From: Bacillota bacterium
GTDB taxonomy: Bacteria; Bacillota; Halanaerobiia; Halanaerobiales; M55B127
DNA length: 41,326 bases
Reading direction: 5' to 3'
Assembly: GCA_051745185.1 (NCBI GenBank)
Contig: JBNJDV010000005.1
Coordinates: 1 to 41,326, forward strand
A program made the position numbers and the translations under genes. The notes under the pieces were generated by a model. It made no database searches. It worked only from the letters and a program-made list of their open reading frames with translations, and was not told the origin of the DNA. Position 1 is the stretch's first letter; every line of letters begins with the position of its first letter. Shown here one piece after another: positions 11,262 to 19,612 of the stretch.

Positions 11262-12263
11262 TTATATACTAATAATAGCATTTTGTATAGCATTTTCAAC
11301 AGTATTACTCCCCGATTTATAATCTATATCTGCTTTAAGAAATTCATTCAACATATTTTCAAGCTCTCCAAAGGTAAAAGAATCAACATACCCATATATC
11401 TTTTTAACCGGATAAGGGTGTTCCCCAATTTTAGTAGCTATCTTTTCATGGTTTATTCCCTGTTTTTTTAAATCTTTAATAATTAACATCAATTTAATTC
11501 TTCTTGCAATCATAGCAAATATTATTTGAGGTATTTCACCATTAGCTATCATCTGATGGAAAAGATATACACTTTTATCCTTTTGTTTTTTACTTAATGA
11601 ATCCAAGAAATCAAATATTATATTTTCCTTTAATCTTCTATCCTTAGTGATTACATTTTTTATATCAGATACCTCAACCTTATTTTTGTTATTTATAAAG
11701 GTACAAATTTTATCTATTTCGGAATCAAGTTGTTGTAAGTTATTGTTAAACATTTTTTCTAATAATCTTATCCCACGATAATCAATTCTTTTACCTCTTT
11801 TTGTAAATTGATCATTTATCCATTTATTCAAATCCTTATACTTAGGAGCTTTAATATTAATCACTTCGGCATGTTTTTTAAGCTTGTCCATTCTTTTATT
11901 TTTAGATATATCTTCATTGACAAATATTATTAAAACCGTTGTGTCTGGTATGTCTTTTGCAAACTTTTTAAATAATTCAAAGTTCGGTATATTAGTTTTA
12001 AAAATATTGCCTGCTTTTACCATAATAAATCTTTTTTCAGACATTAATGGTAGTGTTGATCCTTTATTTACAATATTTTTAAATACTTCCTCTTCTCTTC
12101 TAATATATGTTAGATTAAAATCTTCGTCTTCTTTTTTTATAAACTTATTTTTGAAATTTCTTTCAAATTTATCTAACAGATACTCTTCAGTACTATATAT
12201 AATATATAGATTATCAATTTTATTAATTTTTAAGTTTAATACTTTCTCTACTTTCTTATTCAA
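11262..12263 (-). CDS. holA: DNA polymerase III delta subunit
   Basis: LYIIYSTEEYL, TLPLMSEKR, EIDKI, IFDFLD, HPYPVKK, DIDYKSG; comEC-holA-rpsT synteny; TTG start after AGGAGG. Confidence 0.92.
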   Translation of the reverse strand: MNKKVEKVLNLKINKIDNLYIIYSTEEYLLDKFERNFKNKFIKKEDEDFNLTYIRREEEVFKNIVNKGSTLPLMSEKRFIMVKAGNIFKTNIPNFELFKKFAKDIPDTTVLIIFVNEDISKNKRMDKLKKHAEVINIKAPKYKDLNKWINDQFTKRGKRIDYRGIRLLEKMFNNNLQQLDSEIDKICTFINNKNKVEVSDIKNVITKDRRLKENIIFDFLDSLSKKQKDKSVYLFHQMIANGEIPQIIFAMIARRIKLMLIIKDLKKQGINHEKIATKIGEHPYPVKKIYGYVDSFTFGELENMLNEFLKADIDYKSGSNTVENAIQNAIISI

Positions 12264-12332
12264 GATTATCCTCCTATAAACTCCCTGTATTTATATCTTA
12301 TATTTAATTTTAACACACATAAGTATAACTAA

Positions 12333-14627
12333 TCAATTTAGATACGAATTTATACTGTAATTAAATCCATCGGTTTTTATAATAACTGCCCCTTTTTTAT
12401 CTGTCCTCCAAATATTTACTTTGTTTTGCTTAAATCTATCTAAAACTTTTTGGTCCGGATGACCAAATTTATTAACTCCCACACTTATTAGAGCATGGAC
12501 AGGATTTACTTTTTTTATAAAACTTAATGTACTTGAAGTTCTGCTCCCATGATGAGATACCTTTAAAATATCTGACTTTAATCTATTTTTACTTATTTTA
12601 TTAAGTAAAAGGTTTTCTACTTTCTTTTCAATATCTCCTGTAAAAAGAACCTCAAATTCTTTATATTTCAACCTGAAAACAATAGAATTATTATTTCTAC
12701 TCTCCAGGTTTTTATCAGCCATTGGTGATATAAAATCTATATATGAACTATCAAAATTCAATTTATCCTCATAATCTGCCCAGTAAATATTAATGTTTTT
12801 ACTCTTTGCTTTTTTTATGATCTCTTGTTTGCTCATATAATCAAGATCAACTTTTTTGGAAACTATTAAATTTCTAACAAAATTATTCTTAATTAAATAA
12901 TTAATATCAGAACTATGATCACTGTCAAAATGAGATATAATAAGGTAATCTAAATATCTAATCCTTTTAGATAATAAAAAGGGTACAACTATGTTTTGAA
13001 CTGAATTAATACTACCTGTATCAACTAATATATTTTTATCATTTGGTAGGTCAACAAAAATCGAATCACCTTGCCCAACATCCAAACAATAAATTTCTAA
13101 CAAATCATTGTCTGCTGGATTAATAAAATATAAAATTAAAATTGTAGCTAAAATCATTATGAGTATTATTTTAATAAAAAAAAGATTTACTTTTTTAAAA
13201 TTATTATTTTGAATATAATATCCCAATAAAAACACAAAGATATAATATAAAAATACATTTACTAAAGAAGGCTTAATTACCAGAATTTCTGCTGAAGGTA
13301 ATGTTGACATTAATGTTACACCTTTTTTTAGAACAGAAGATAATAAAAAGATAATTGAACCTGTTAATTCAGTAATAAAGGGTAAGATTAAGCTAATTAA
13401 AAAATGTGTCAAGACGAAAAATACTATTATTGAAACTAAGGGAACTGCCCAAAGATTAGTAATTATCCCAGAAGGGTTAACGGTATTAAAATAATATGCA
13501 GTTAAAGGAATTGAACCAATCTGAGCTGCCAAACTTACTGCAATTGAAGAATGCATATATTTATTAAATATTTTTGTCCAAACAACTATTGATAATAAAA
13601 CTAAAAAACTTAACTTTAATCCGATAGAAAACAACTGATATGGATTTATAATTAAAATAATAAATAAAACAATCGATAAGATACTATAAAAATCTATATT
13701 TATTTTAAACTGTTTTAGATATCTATATATAATAACCAAAAGCGAAGCCCTTAAAACAGAAGCACGTAAACCTGTCATAACTATATATACTAATAATATT
13801 ATAGTTAAAATATTATTTTTAATAAAAACACTGAAATTAAATAAATTCAAGAGTGAAATAATAAATAATGATAAAAATCCTACATGTAGACCAGAAATAG
13901 CTAGTAAATGATTAGCTCCTGCTTTTCTAAAATACTTTGACCAGTTATCATCTAAATTACTTTTTTCACCTAATATTAATGCTTTAACAAATGTATTAAC
14001 AGGAGGAGATATGCTTTGATCAATTAAATTTAGTAATTTAACCTTTAAACTAATTATTGGGTGATAAATACTAAAATGATCCTGTATTTTATATATCTCA
14101 TAAACACTTCCAACACTATATATTTTTTTGTTTTTTAAATAAGTCAAATATGAAAAACCTCCAGGATTTCTTGCATTATTAGGTCGATTTAATTCAATTC
14201 TAGCAATAACCAAATCTCCCTCCCCTACATTATTTTTTAAATCATCTTTCCATAACTGTATTTTCCCATACTTAACCTCTTTATTATTTACAAAAATAGG
14301 TTCTAGAAGTATAGAATTTCCTTCTACTGATTCTAAATTCAATTTTAATTTTCCAACTACTTCGACAACTTGACCATTAAATGTATTTATAGATTGACTA
14401 CTGTTATAGTTATATTCAAAATAGTACATGTAAAAAAATCCAGTTAAAAAAATACAAATTAAGATAACTATTATAACTTTTTCTCTGAATATAATATAAA
14501 TGATCAATATTATAACAAAACTTAAAATTAGAAATATTGTATTAATCTTATTAAAATAGTAGCCGCTTAAAATACCTAATATATATAGTGTCAAAGAACT
14601 TATTATAAATTTTTTATTGAATATCAA
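12333..14627 (-). CDS. comEC: DNA uptake channel ComEC/Rec2 with C-terminal metallo-beta-lactamase domain
   Basis: NPGGFSY, HLLAISGLHVG, DVGQGD, SHFDSDH, KVSHHGS, FGHP; many TM segments. Confidence 0.95.
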   Translation of the reverse strand: MIFNKKFIISSLTLYILGILSGYYFNKINTIFLILSFVIILIIYIIFREKVIIVILICIFLTGFFYMYYFEYNYNSSQSINTFNGQVVEVVGKLKLNLESVEGNSILLEPIFVNNKEVKYGKIQLWKDDLKNNVGEGDLVIARIELNRPNNARNPGGFSYLTYLKNKKIYSVGSVYEIYKIQDHFSIYHPIISLKVKLLNLIDQSISPPVNTFVKALILGEKSNLDDNWSKYFRKAGANHLLAISGLHVGFLSLFIISLLNLFNFSVFIKNNILTIILLVYIVMTGLRASVLRASLLVIIYRYLKQFKINIDFYSILSIVLFIILIINPYQLFSIGLKLSFLVLLSIVVWTKIFNKYMHSSIAVSLAAQIGSIPLTAYYFNTVNPSGIITNLWAVPLVSIIVFFVLTHFLISLILPFITELTGSIIFLLSSVLKKGVTLMSTLPSAEILVIKPSLVNVFLYYIFVFLLGYYIQNNNFKKVNLFFIKIILIMILATILILYFINPADNDLLEIYCLDVGQGDSIFVDLPNDKNILVDTGSINSVQNIVVPFLLSKRIRYLDYLIISHFDSDHSSDINYLIKNNFVRNLIVSKKVDLDYMSKQEIIKKAKSKNINIYWADYEDKLNFDSSYIDFISPMADKNLESRNNNSIVFRLKYKEFEVLFTGDIEKKVENLLLNKISKNRLKSDILKVSHHGSRTSSTLSFIKKVNPVHALISVGVNKFGHPDQKVLDRFKQNKVNIWRTDKKGAVIIKTDGFNYSINSYLN

Positions 14628-14629
14628 AT

Positions 14630-14992
14630 TTAATCAATTCCTTTATTAGGGATAATTAATCTATCTTTATGTTGTAGTTTTCTATTTATATTGATTTTTG
14701 ATAGATCAGCATTATTGTTTAAATTTATATATTTTTTAATTATCTTATCTATAGATGTTCTCTTTTTTACTTTATAAGTACCTGGATTTTTGACAGCTCC
14801 ACCAATATATACTTCTATCATTTTATTATCTTTTGCATCATAATATGTATTAAATTCACTTTCTTTAAATTTGCTTATAGAGATATTTTTATAATTACTA
14901 CTAATATTATTTTTATTAAAATAGTTAAATACAGTCATTAATAATAAGATAATCGCTAAAATAGATATAGAAGAAACAACTTTGGAATTAAT
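14630..14992 (-). CDS. ComEA-like protein: N-terminal TM anchor plus SLBB domain, without the HhH domain; probable ATT start
   Basis: VYIGGAVKNPGTY...ADLSKININRKLQHKDRLIIP is the ComEA N-terminal SLBB. The frame is open 18 codons upstream of track start 14938, to an ATT following AGGAGGTGA. Immediately upstream of comEC. Confidence 0.75.
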   Translation of the reverse strand: MNSKVVSSISILAIILLLMTVFNYFNKNNISSNYKNISISKFKESEFNTYYDAKDNKMIEVYIGGAVKNPGTYKVKKRTSIDKIIKKYINLNNNADLSKININRKLQHKDRLIIPNKGID

Positions 14993-15018
14993 ACTAGATC
15001 ACCTCCTATAACAATATA

Positions 15019-15043
15019 TTTCTATATTTAACATTATTTTCCT
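15019..15043 (-). promoter_or_regulatory. SigH-like promoter of the comE operon
   Basis: Minus strand aaAGGA-17 nt-GAAAT, 10 nt before the SD; one mismatch to the GAAT -10 element. Confidence 0.5.
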
Positions 15044-15054
15044 TTAATGATAAT

Positions 15055-15076
15055 AAAAAAATCCCTCTGCAGGGAT
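15055..15076 (-). terminator. Intrinsic terminator after udk
   Basis: Minus strand ATCCCT-gcag-AGGGAT followed by TTTTTT. Confidence 0.8.
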
Positions 15077-15080
15077 CTAT

Positions 15081-15686
15081 TTAAAGATGGGATTTGATTT
15101 TTTTGATTATTAGATCATTTGCGATGTCATTTAAGCCGCCATTTGGTATAATTATATCAGACATATATTTCGTAGGTTCTACAAATTTTTCATGCATTGG
15201 TTTTACAGTAGAAAGATATTGGTTTTTAACCGACTCAAAAGTTCTTCCCCTATTTTTAATATCCCGATTAATTCTTCTTAATAGTCTAATATCTGCATCT
15301 GTATCAATATATATTTTAAGATCAAACAGTTCTCTTAACTTCGGATAATGGAATATCAAAATTCCTTCTACAATAATTATAGGTGAAGGATTAACTTTTT
15401 TTACTTTAGATAGTCTTTCATTTGTTTTATATGAATATACAGGTCGTTCAATAGGTGATCCAGCTACTAAACTTTTTAAATGTTTAACTAAAAGTTCTGT
15501 CTGAAATGAATCAGGGTGATCAAAGTTAATTTTATTTTCAGGCACATTAAAATGACTTTTATCATAGTAATAAAAATCATGTCTTAACATAGTTACATCA
15601 TCTTTGAAAGAATCCTTTAATATTTGGGCCAATGTAGTTTTACCAGAGGCCGTTCCCCCGGCTATTCCAATTAATAATTGTGACAA
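15081..15686 (-). CDS. udk: Uridine kinase
   Basis: IGIAGGTASGKTT, NFDHPDS, IVEGILI, RRINRD, RGR, IIIPNGG. Confidence 0.96.
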   Translation of the reverse strand: MSQLLIGIAGGTASGKTTLAQILKDSFKDDVTMLRHDFYYYDKSHFNVPENKINFDHPDSFQTELLVKHLKSLVAGSPIERPVYSYKTNERLSKVKKVNPSPIIIVEGILIFHYPKLRELFDLKIYIDTDADIRLLRRINRDIKNRGRTFESVKNQYLSTVKPMHEKFVEPTKYMSDIIIPNGGLNDIANDLIIKKIKSHL

Positions 15687-15733
15687 CTATTTTCATCCTT
15701 TCAGCTTTTATTATATATTTAATATTAAAATAT

Positions 15734-16078
15734 TTATCTATATCCATTCTTATACATCTTACTTAGATTATATGATTTATCATTTTTTTCTTTCTTCTTA
15801 TTCTTTATCTGATGAATATCATTAAATTCTTTGTAAATTTCATGGATAGCAACAACAGCAGTTTTCGTGGAGATGTCCTGATTAATAACCTTATTAATAA
15901 TCTCATTAATTACATATCTTGCTTCTTCAGGTAACCCAGCAATATCATGTATTAACTGTTCAAGATGGTTTTTGATTTCAGAGTGATATGTAATATCCTG
16001 TCTTGAATTATTTTCTTTTACTTGTATCATTTTTCTTAGCTCAATTAACTTTAGTAATGTTTCGGTTCTTGATAACAA
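15734..16078 (-). CDS. Hypothetical helical protein whose C-terminal tail matches that of the DnaD-like protein
   Basis: TTG start after SD GGAGGCGA, 18 nt behind the ATPase gene; 114 aa; ends LSKMYKNGYR. Confidence 0.8.
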   Translation of the reverse strand: MLSRTETLLKLIELRKMIQVKENNSRQDITYHSEIKNHLEQLIHDIAGLPEEARYVINEIINKVINQDISTKTAVVAIHEIYKEFNDIHQIKNKKKEKNDKSYNLSKMYKNGYR

Positions 16079-16096
16079 TGTCTAATCGCCTCCACT

Positions 16097-16942
16097 TTAA
16101 TAACTGTTCTGCCTATAATCATCTTCAGGAGAACTCAAAAATAAAAATTGATATCCTTTTGTCATCTCACTTATACGAGATGCTAAGTATGTAGCAGCTT
16201 TATGATGATTTGTATTGTAATATGGATTTTTTTCATTATCTTGTGCCATTTTAAAGAAATCAATATTTGAAGTAAAGATTACTGGTTTATTATAATCATA
16301 TCTGTGATTTAACCAAGCGGTTAAATTTCCAAATACGAACTCTGTATTGCGTTCTCTTAAAAAATCATCAATCACAAGTAATTTAGAGTTCATTACAGCA
16401 TTTTCTATAGTATCTAATTCTCGCTTGAGATCTTGGTTTGAAGAGTTAAACTGTCGTTTTTTCCATAAGTAATTTACTTCACTCATAAAAAATACCGGCC
16501 GCCAGTTAAAATCACTAAATGATACTCCTCTTCTTGAATAATATTCAGGTCTTTTATCATATATTTCCTGAGCAAAAACTTTAGCAGCAGTTTTTAAAGC
16601 AGCAACAGCAATATGTGTTTTTCCACAACCATTAAACTTACTGTATATATAAACTGATTGTGGACCTTTTATTGCAGTTAATATATTTTCAGCATAGGTT
16701 TTTATAGTTTTTATCTTTTTAACATTTTCTCGTGGACAAGCCTTAAAATTAAAACTTGAAAAACTAGCATTATCAAACTTAGGCGGAATATGACTGTTTT
16801 CGATAATTATTTCATATATTCTTTTAATCGCTTTTTCCTTTGAAATATGTTTATCTATATCCCTTTTTATAGTAGTCTTCGAGGGTTTCTTCTTCATCTC
16901 TTTTTTCTTTTTTTCGATTAATTTCTTGAAGTCTTTTTTCAT
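16097..16942 (-). CDS. DnaC/IstB-like AAA+ ATPase (helicase-loader family)
   Basis: IPPKFDNASFSSF, Walker A SKFNGCGKTH, Walker B LLVIDDF, RYDYNKPVIFTSN, SRISEM, DYR. Start uncertain (16978, 16942 or 16894). Confidence 0.85.
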   Translation of the reverse strand: MKKDFKKLIEKKKKEMKKKPSKTTIKRDIDKHISKEKAIKRIYEIIIENSHIPPKFDNASFSSFNFKACPRENVKKIKTIKTYAENILTAIKGPQSVYIYSKFNGCGKTHIAVAALKTAAKVFAQEIYDKRPEYYSRRGVSFSDFNWRPVFFMSEVNYLWKKRQFNSSNQDLKRELDTIENAVMNSKLLVIDDFLRERNTEFVFGNLTAWLNHRYDYNKPVIFTSNIDFFKMAQDNEKNPYYNTNHHKAATYLASRISEMTKGYQFLFLSSPEDDYRQNSY

Positions 16943-17486
16943 ACTCTTCCATCCTTTGTTTTTCTTCCTTAAAATCATGTACTGTATATATTGATCTATT
17001 TAGATAATCTCTTAGCAATGAAATTATATAATTTGTTGGATTACCACTTGCTTTCTTAGAACTTATTTTCATAACCTCAACAATCACATCTTCACTAATC
17101 CCATCATCTACAAAAGATAACAGCTTCTCCAAAAAAGTGGGAGTTAAGTTTAATGTTCCAAAATATTTATCCCAATTACTGGCAATTTTCGAACCTTTTT
17201 CATCATATTCATTTTCTTTATTTTCTAGATTTTTACTAATCAGTTTGTCTGGTATAGTTAAAAAAATATTAACATCTTCTTTATCTAACCATCCCTTTGT
17301 AAATAATGAATCAAGTAGTTCAAAATCACTTATTATCTCTTTATCAATTAACCATTTAGTTTTATTTAATAACTTAGTAATTTCAATTTTTGAAAATAGT
17401 CTAATAAGTTGACCTAATTCTCTATCACTTAATCTATCATCTTTAATTAAAACATTTGGTACTTTTAAATAGTCTAAATGCTGCAT
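16851..17486 (-). CDS. DnaD-domain (DnaB_2-like) replication protein with phage-type HTH-like N-terminus
   Basis: N-terminal VPNVLIKDDRLSDRELGQL; C-terminal W..YFG...LTP..E.L....DG...DVI...NYI..LL.DY....IYTV pattern. ATG 17486 follows SD AGGAGTGA (track start 17519). Confidence 0.8.
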   Translation of the reverse strand: MQHLDYLKVPNVLIKDDRLSDRELGQLIRLFSKIEITKLLNKTKWLIDKEIISDFELLDSLFTKGWLDKEDVNIFLTIPDKLISKNLENKENEYDEKGSKIASNWDKYFGTLNLTPTFLEKLLSFVDDGISEDVIVEVMKISSKKASGNPTNYIISLLRDYLNRSIYTVHDFKEEKQRMEEYEKRLQEINRKKEKRDEEETLEDYYKKGYR

Positions 17487-17521
17487 TATTATCACTCCTG
17501 ACTCTTTAGGCAGCATCAATT

Positions 17522-17550
17522 ATGATAACACAATTATTTTAATATTTCAA
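17522..17550 (-). promoter_or_regulatory. SigA-type promoter of the DnaD/DnaC-like module
   Basis: Minus strand TTGAAA-17 nt-TATCAT with extended -10 TG. Confidence 0.6.
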
Positions 17551-17633
17551 TTTGATTTAGTTATAAAATATTTTTAATTTCCAAGCGTATATTTTTAATT
17601 CAACATGATGTTATTTATCCCTTTTTTAAATTT

Positions 17634-17659
17634 AAAAAACAGGAGGTGAACTCCTGTTT
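17634..17659 (-). terminator. Intrinsic terminator downstream of csoR
   Basis: Minus strand AAACAGGAG-ttcac-CTCCTGTTTTTT. Confidence 0.8.
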
Positions 17660-17744
17660 GGAAACAAGGCTTAGTACTTACAACTCAATTCTTACAAATA
17701 ATAAAAATAATTTAAAAAAATGTTTTTTGTATTCAAAACCTATA

Positions 17745-18017
17745 TTAATCAATAAATCTATTCACAACATCTAATAATTCATCTATAATTTCTTCATCAT
17801 CATTTTTTAAAGATCTTTGTACACAACCATCTATGTGTTCCTGTAACACCTTTAAAGCAACCTTTTTTAAGGCACCTCTTACAGCTACAATCTGTGTTAA
17901 AATATCAACACAGTACTTTTCATTTTCAATCATCTTTTTTACTCCCCTAGTCTGCCCCTCTATTCTATTCAATCTAACAATCAAATCATCTTTTACTTCC
18001 TCGGAAATAGAATTCAC
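17745..18017 (-). CDS. CsoR/RcnR-family metal-sensing repressor
   Basis: RLNRIEGQTRGVKKMIE, YCVDILTQ, HIDGC (C-H-C ligand set). Confidence 0.93.
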   Translation of the reverse strand: MNSISEEVKDDLIVRLNRIEGQTRGVKKMIENEKYCVDILTQIVAVRGALKKVALKVLQEHIDGCVQRSLKNDDEEIIDELLDVVNRFID

Positions 18018-18037
18018 ATTATCACGTCCTTACCTGT

Positions 18038-18481
18038 TTATTTTTTTGAAACAATTCCTATCATTTCAGATCTAAATTTATTCATTTTTGAAATTTTTTT
18101 ATCAATTTTTCTTGTAAGTAAAAAAGAAAGATATAAAAAGATAAATGAAGCTATAATACCTGTTAATTCCTGTGAAAGTGAACCAAATAAAAAGTTCAAC
18201 CTTACCCCAACAAAGTATCCTCCAACAAAAAATAACAGTGGAATAAGATAAATAATTAAAGAACCCATTACTAATGAACTGTCTTTTAGTTCAATACTAA
18301 CTGTATCACCGACTTCAGCATTCTTAACATTATTTACCTCAACATATATGCTGTCTTGTTCATGACTTTCTTCCATTCCCAATATACAGTCTTTATCACA
18401 CTTACTACAAGCAGAATGTCTTGTTACAACAACTTTGGCTTGGTCTCCATTAACATCTACAACACAAGCTTTTTCTCTCAT
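18038..18481 (-). CDS. RseC/MucC-family membrane protein (SoxR-reducing system family)
   Basis: RHSACSKCDKDC, AEVGDTVSI, IYLIPLLFF and two TM helices; start MREKA at 18481 after GGGGTG (track start 18592). Confidence 0.88.
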   Translation of the reverse strand: MREKACVVDVNGDQAKVVVTRHSACSKCDKDCILGMEESHEQDSIYVEVNNVKNAEVGDTVSIELKDSSLVMGSLIIYLIPLLFFVGGYFVGVRLNFLFGSLSQELTGIIASFIFLYLSFLLTRKIDKKISKMNKFRSEMIGIVSKK

Positions 18482-18497
18482 AAAAACACCCCTAAAT

Positions 18498-19334
18498 TTA
18501 TCTAATAAATTTTGATATATCTTTTCTTTTTGGTGCTTTAGTTTCTTCTTTAATATAACCGACAGGTGTAATTGTGGCAATATAATGTTCAATTGGTATA
18601 TCTAATTTCTTCTTTATACTCTCGCGGTCCATATCAGCAATCCAACATGTCCCTAAATTATACAACCTTGCAGCTAACATAAAGTGATATGCAGCTATAT
18701 CCCCATCTTGTTTATATCGGTTGGAAAGCTCATTATCAGAACAAATTGCAACAGCTATTGGTGCTTTTTTAATTGGTTCAGATGCGTTTTTTCTGATTGT
18801 AGATAAGTCACATATTAACTCTCTATCTCTTATAATTTTGAAATAATAAGATTGAGAGTTCATTGATGTGGGTGCATATCTACTAATATCAATTACCTCT
18901 TTTATAACTTCATCGCTGATTTCTTGATCTGAATACTCCCTATAACTGCGCCTATTTAATAATAATTCTTTGCCACTTAAATAGGGTTTTACATCATGTA
19001 AAAAGGATTGAAATTCTAAAGTTCTTCCTTCTGGATCCTCAGCAAAAAATTGATAAATATTAAAATCTTTATTTTCTTGAGGCGACTTTATAATATTTGT
19101 TTCTCCAGTTAATTGTTTATGTATTTGGTCTACTTTTTCTTTTGAGGTATAATAATATGTAATAACACCATCATTTTCTACCTTATCAGACTGACAGAAC
19201 CCAATTTGTAAATTCCCTTTTTCAAATATTTTACATTGTTCTTGATCTAACCATAGATCCATCCCAAGTTTTTCTTTGTAAAATGTTGAAAGTTCATCTA
19301 ACATTTTTGTTTTCATAAATACTATCCCAGACAT
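18498..19334 (-). CDS. VOC/glyoxalase-like domain fused to a nitroreductase domain
   Basis: N-terminal FYKEKLGM...FFAEDPEGRTLEFQ (VOC); C-terminal RRSYREYSD, APTSMNSQ, LGTCWI (nitroreductase). Confidence 0.88.
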   Translation of the reverse strand: MSGIVFMKTKMLDELSTFYKEKLGMDLWLDQEQCKIFEKGNLQIGFCQSDKVENDGVITYYYTSKEKVDQIHKQLTGETNIIKSPQENKDFNIYQFFAEDPEGRTLEFQSFLHDVKPYLSGKELLLNRRSYREYSDQEISDEVIKEVIDISRYAPTSMNSQSYYFKIIRDRELICDLSTIRKNASEPIKKAPIAVAICSDNELSNRYKQDGDIAAYHFMLAARLYNLGTCWIADMDRESIKKKLDIPIEHYIATITPVGYIKEETKAPKRKDISKFIR

Positions 19335-19357
19335 TTATTAATACACCCCTATATCTT

Positions 19358-19574
19358 TTAATTAGTTAAAAAATCAAAAATATTACTTACTATGCTGCTT
19401 TCTTTAACTTTATAAAATTCTGTGTATCCACAGATATTACAACTTACTGCAAAAAATTTTTTGTTTCGTACATCAAAAAGTTTAGATACTTTCTATTAAG
19501 CCCCCAGTTGTTCTAAACTCAGATTTTCCATATTCGTTACTACCGCATTTTTCAAAGTTATAATCTCTTTTCAA
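19358..19574 (-). pseudogene. Frameshifted small Zn-ribbon protein (DUF2082-like)
   Basis: Frame 1 (TTG 19574): KRDYNFEKCGSNEYGKSEFRTTGGLIESI*. Second frame: VSKLFDVRNKKFFAVSCNICGYTEFYKVKESSIVSNIFDFLTN*. Confidence 0.8.
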
Positions 19575-19612
19575 TATTTTTACAACTCTCACATAGTTTC
19601 TTTCATTATATC

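Noticed and set aside
16851-17486. Iteron-type origin inside the DnaD-like gene
   Set aside because: No clear direct-repeat array visible, only low-complexity A/T runs.
15081-19574. Prophage or integrative element spanning the accessory block
   Set aside because: No integrase, transposase, structural genes, tRNA target or flanking att repeats seen; only the replication module is phage-like.
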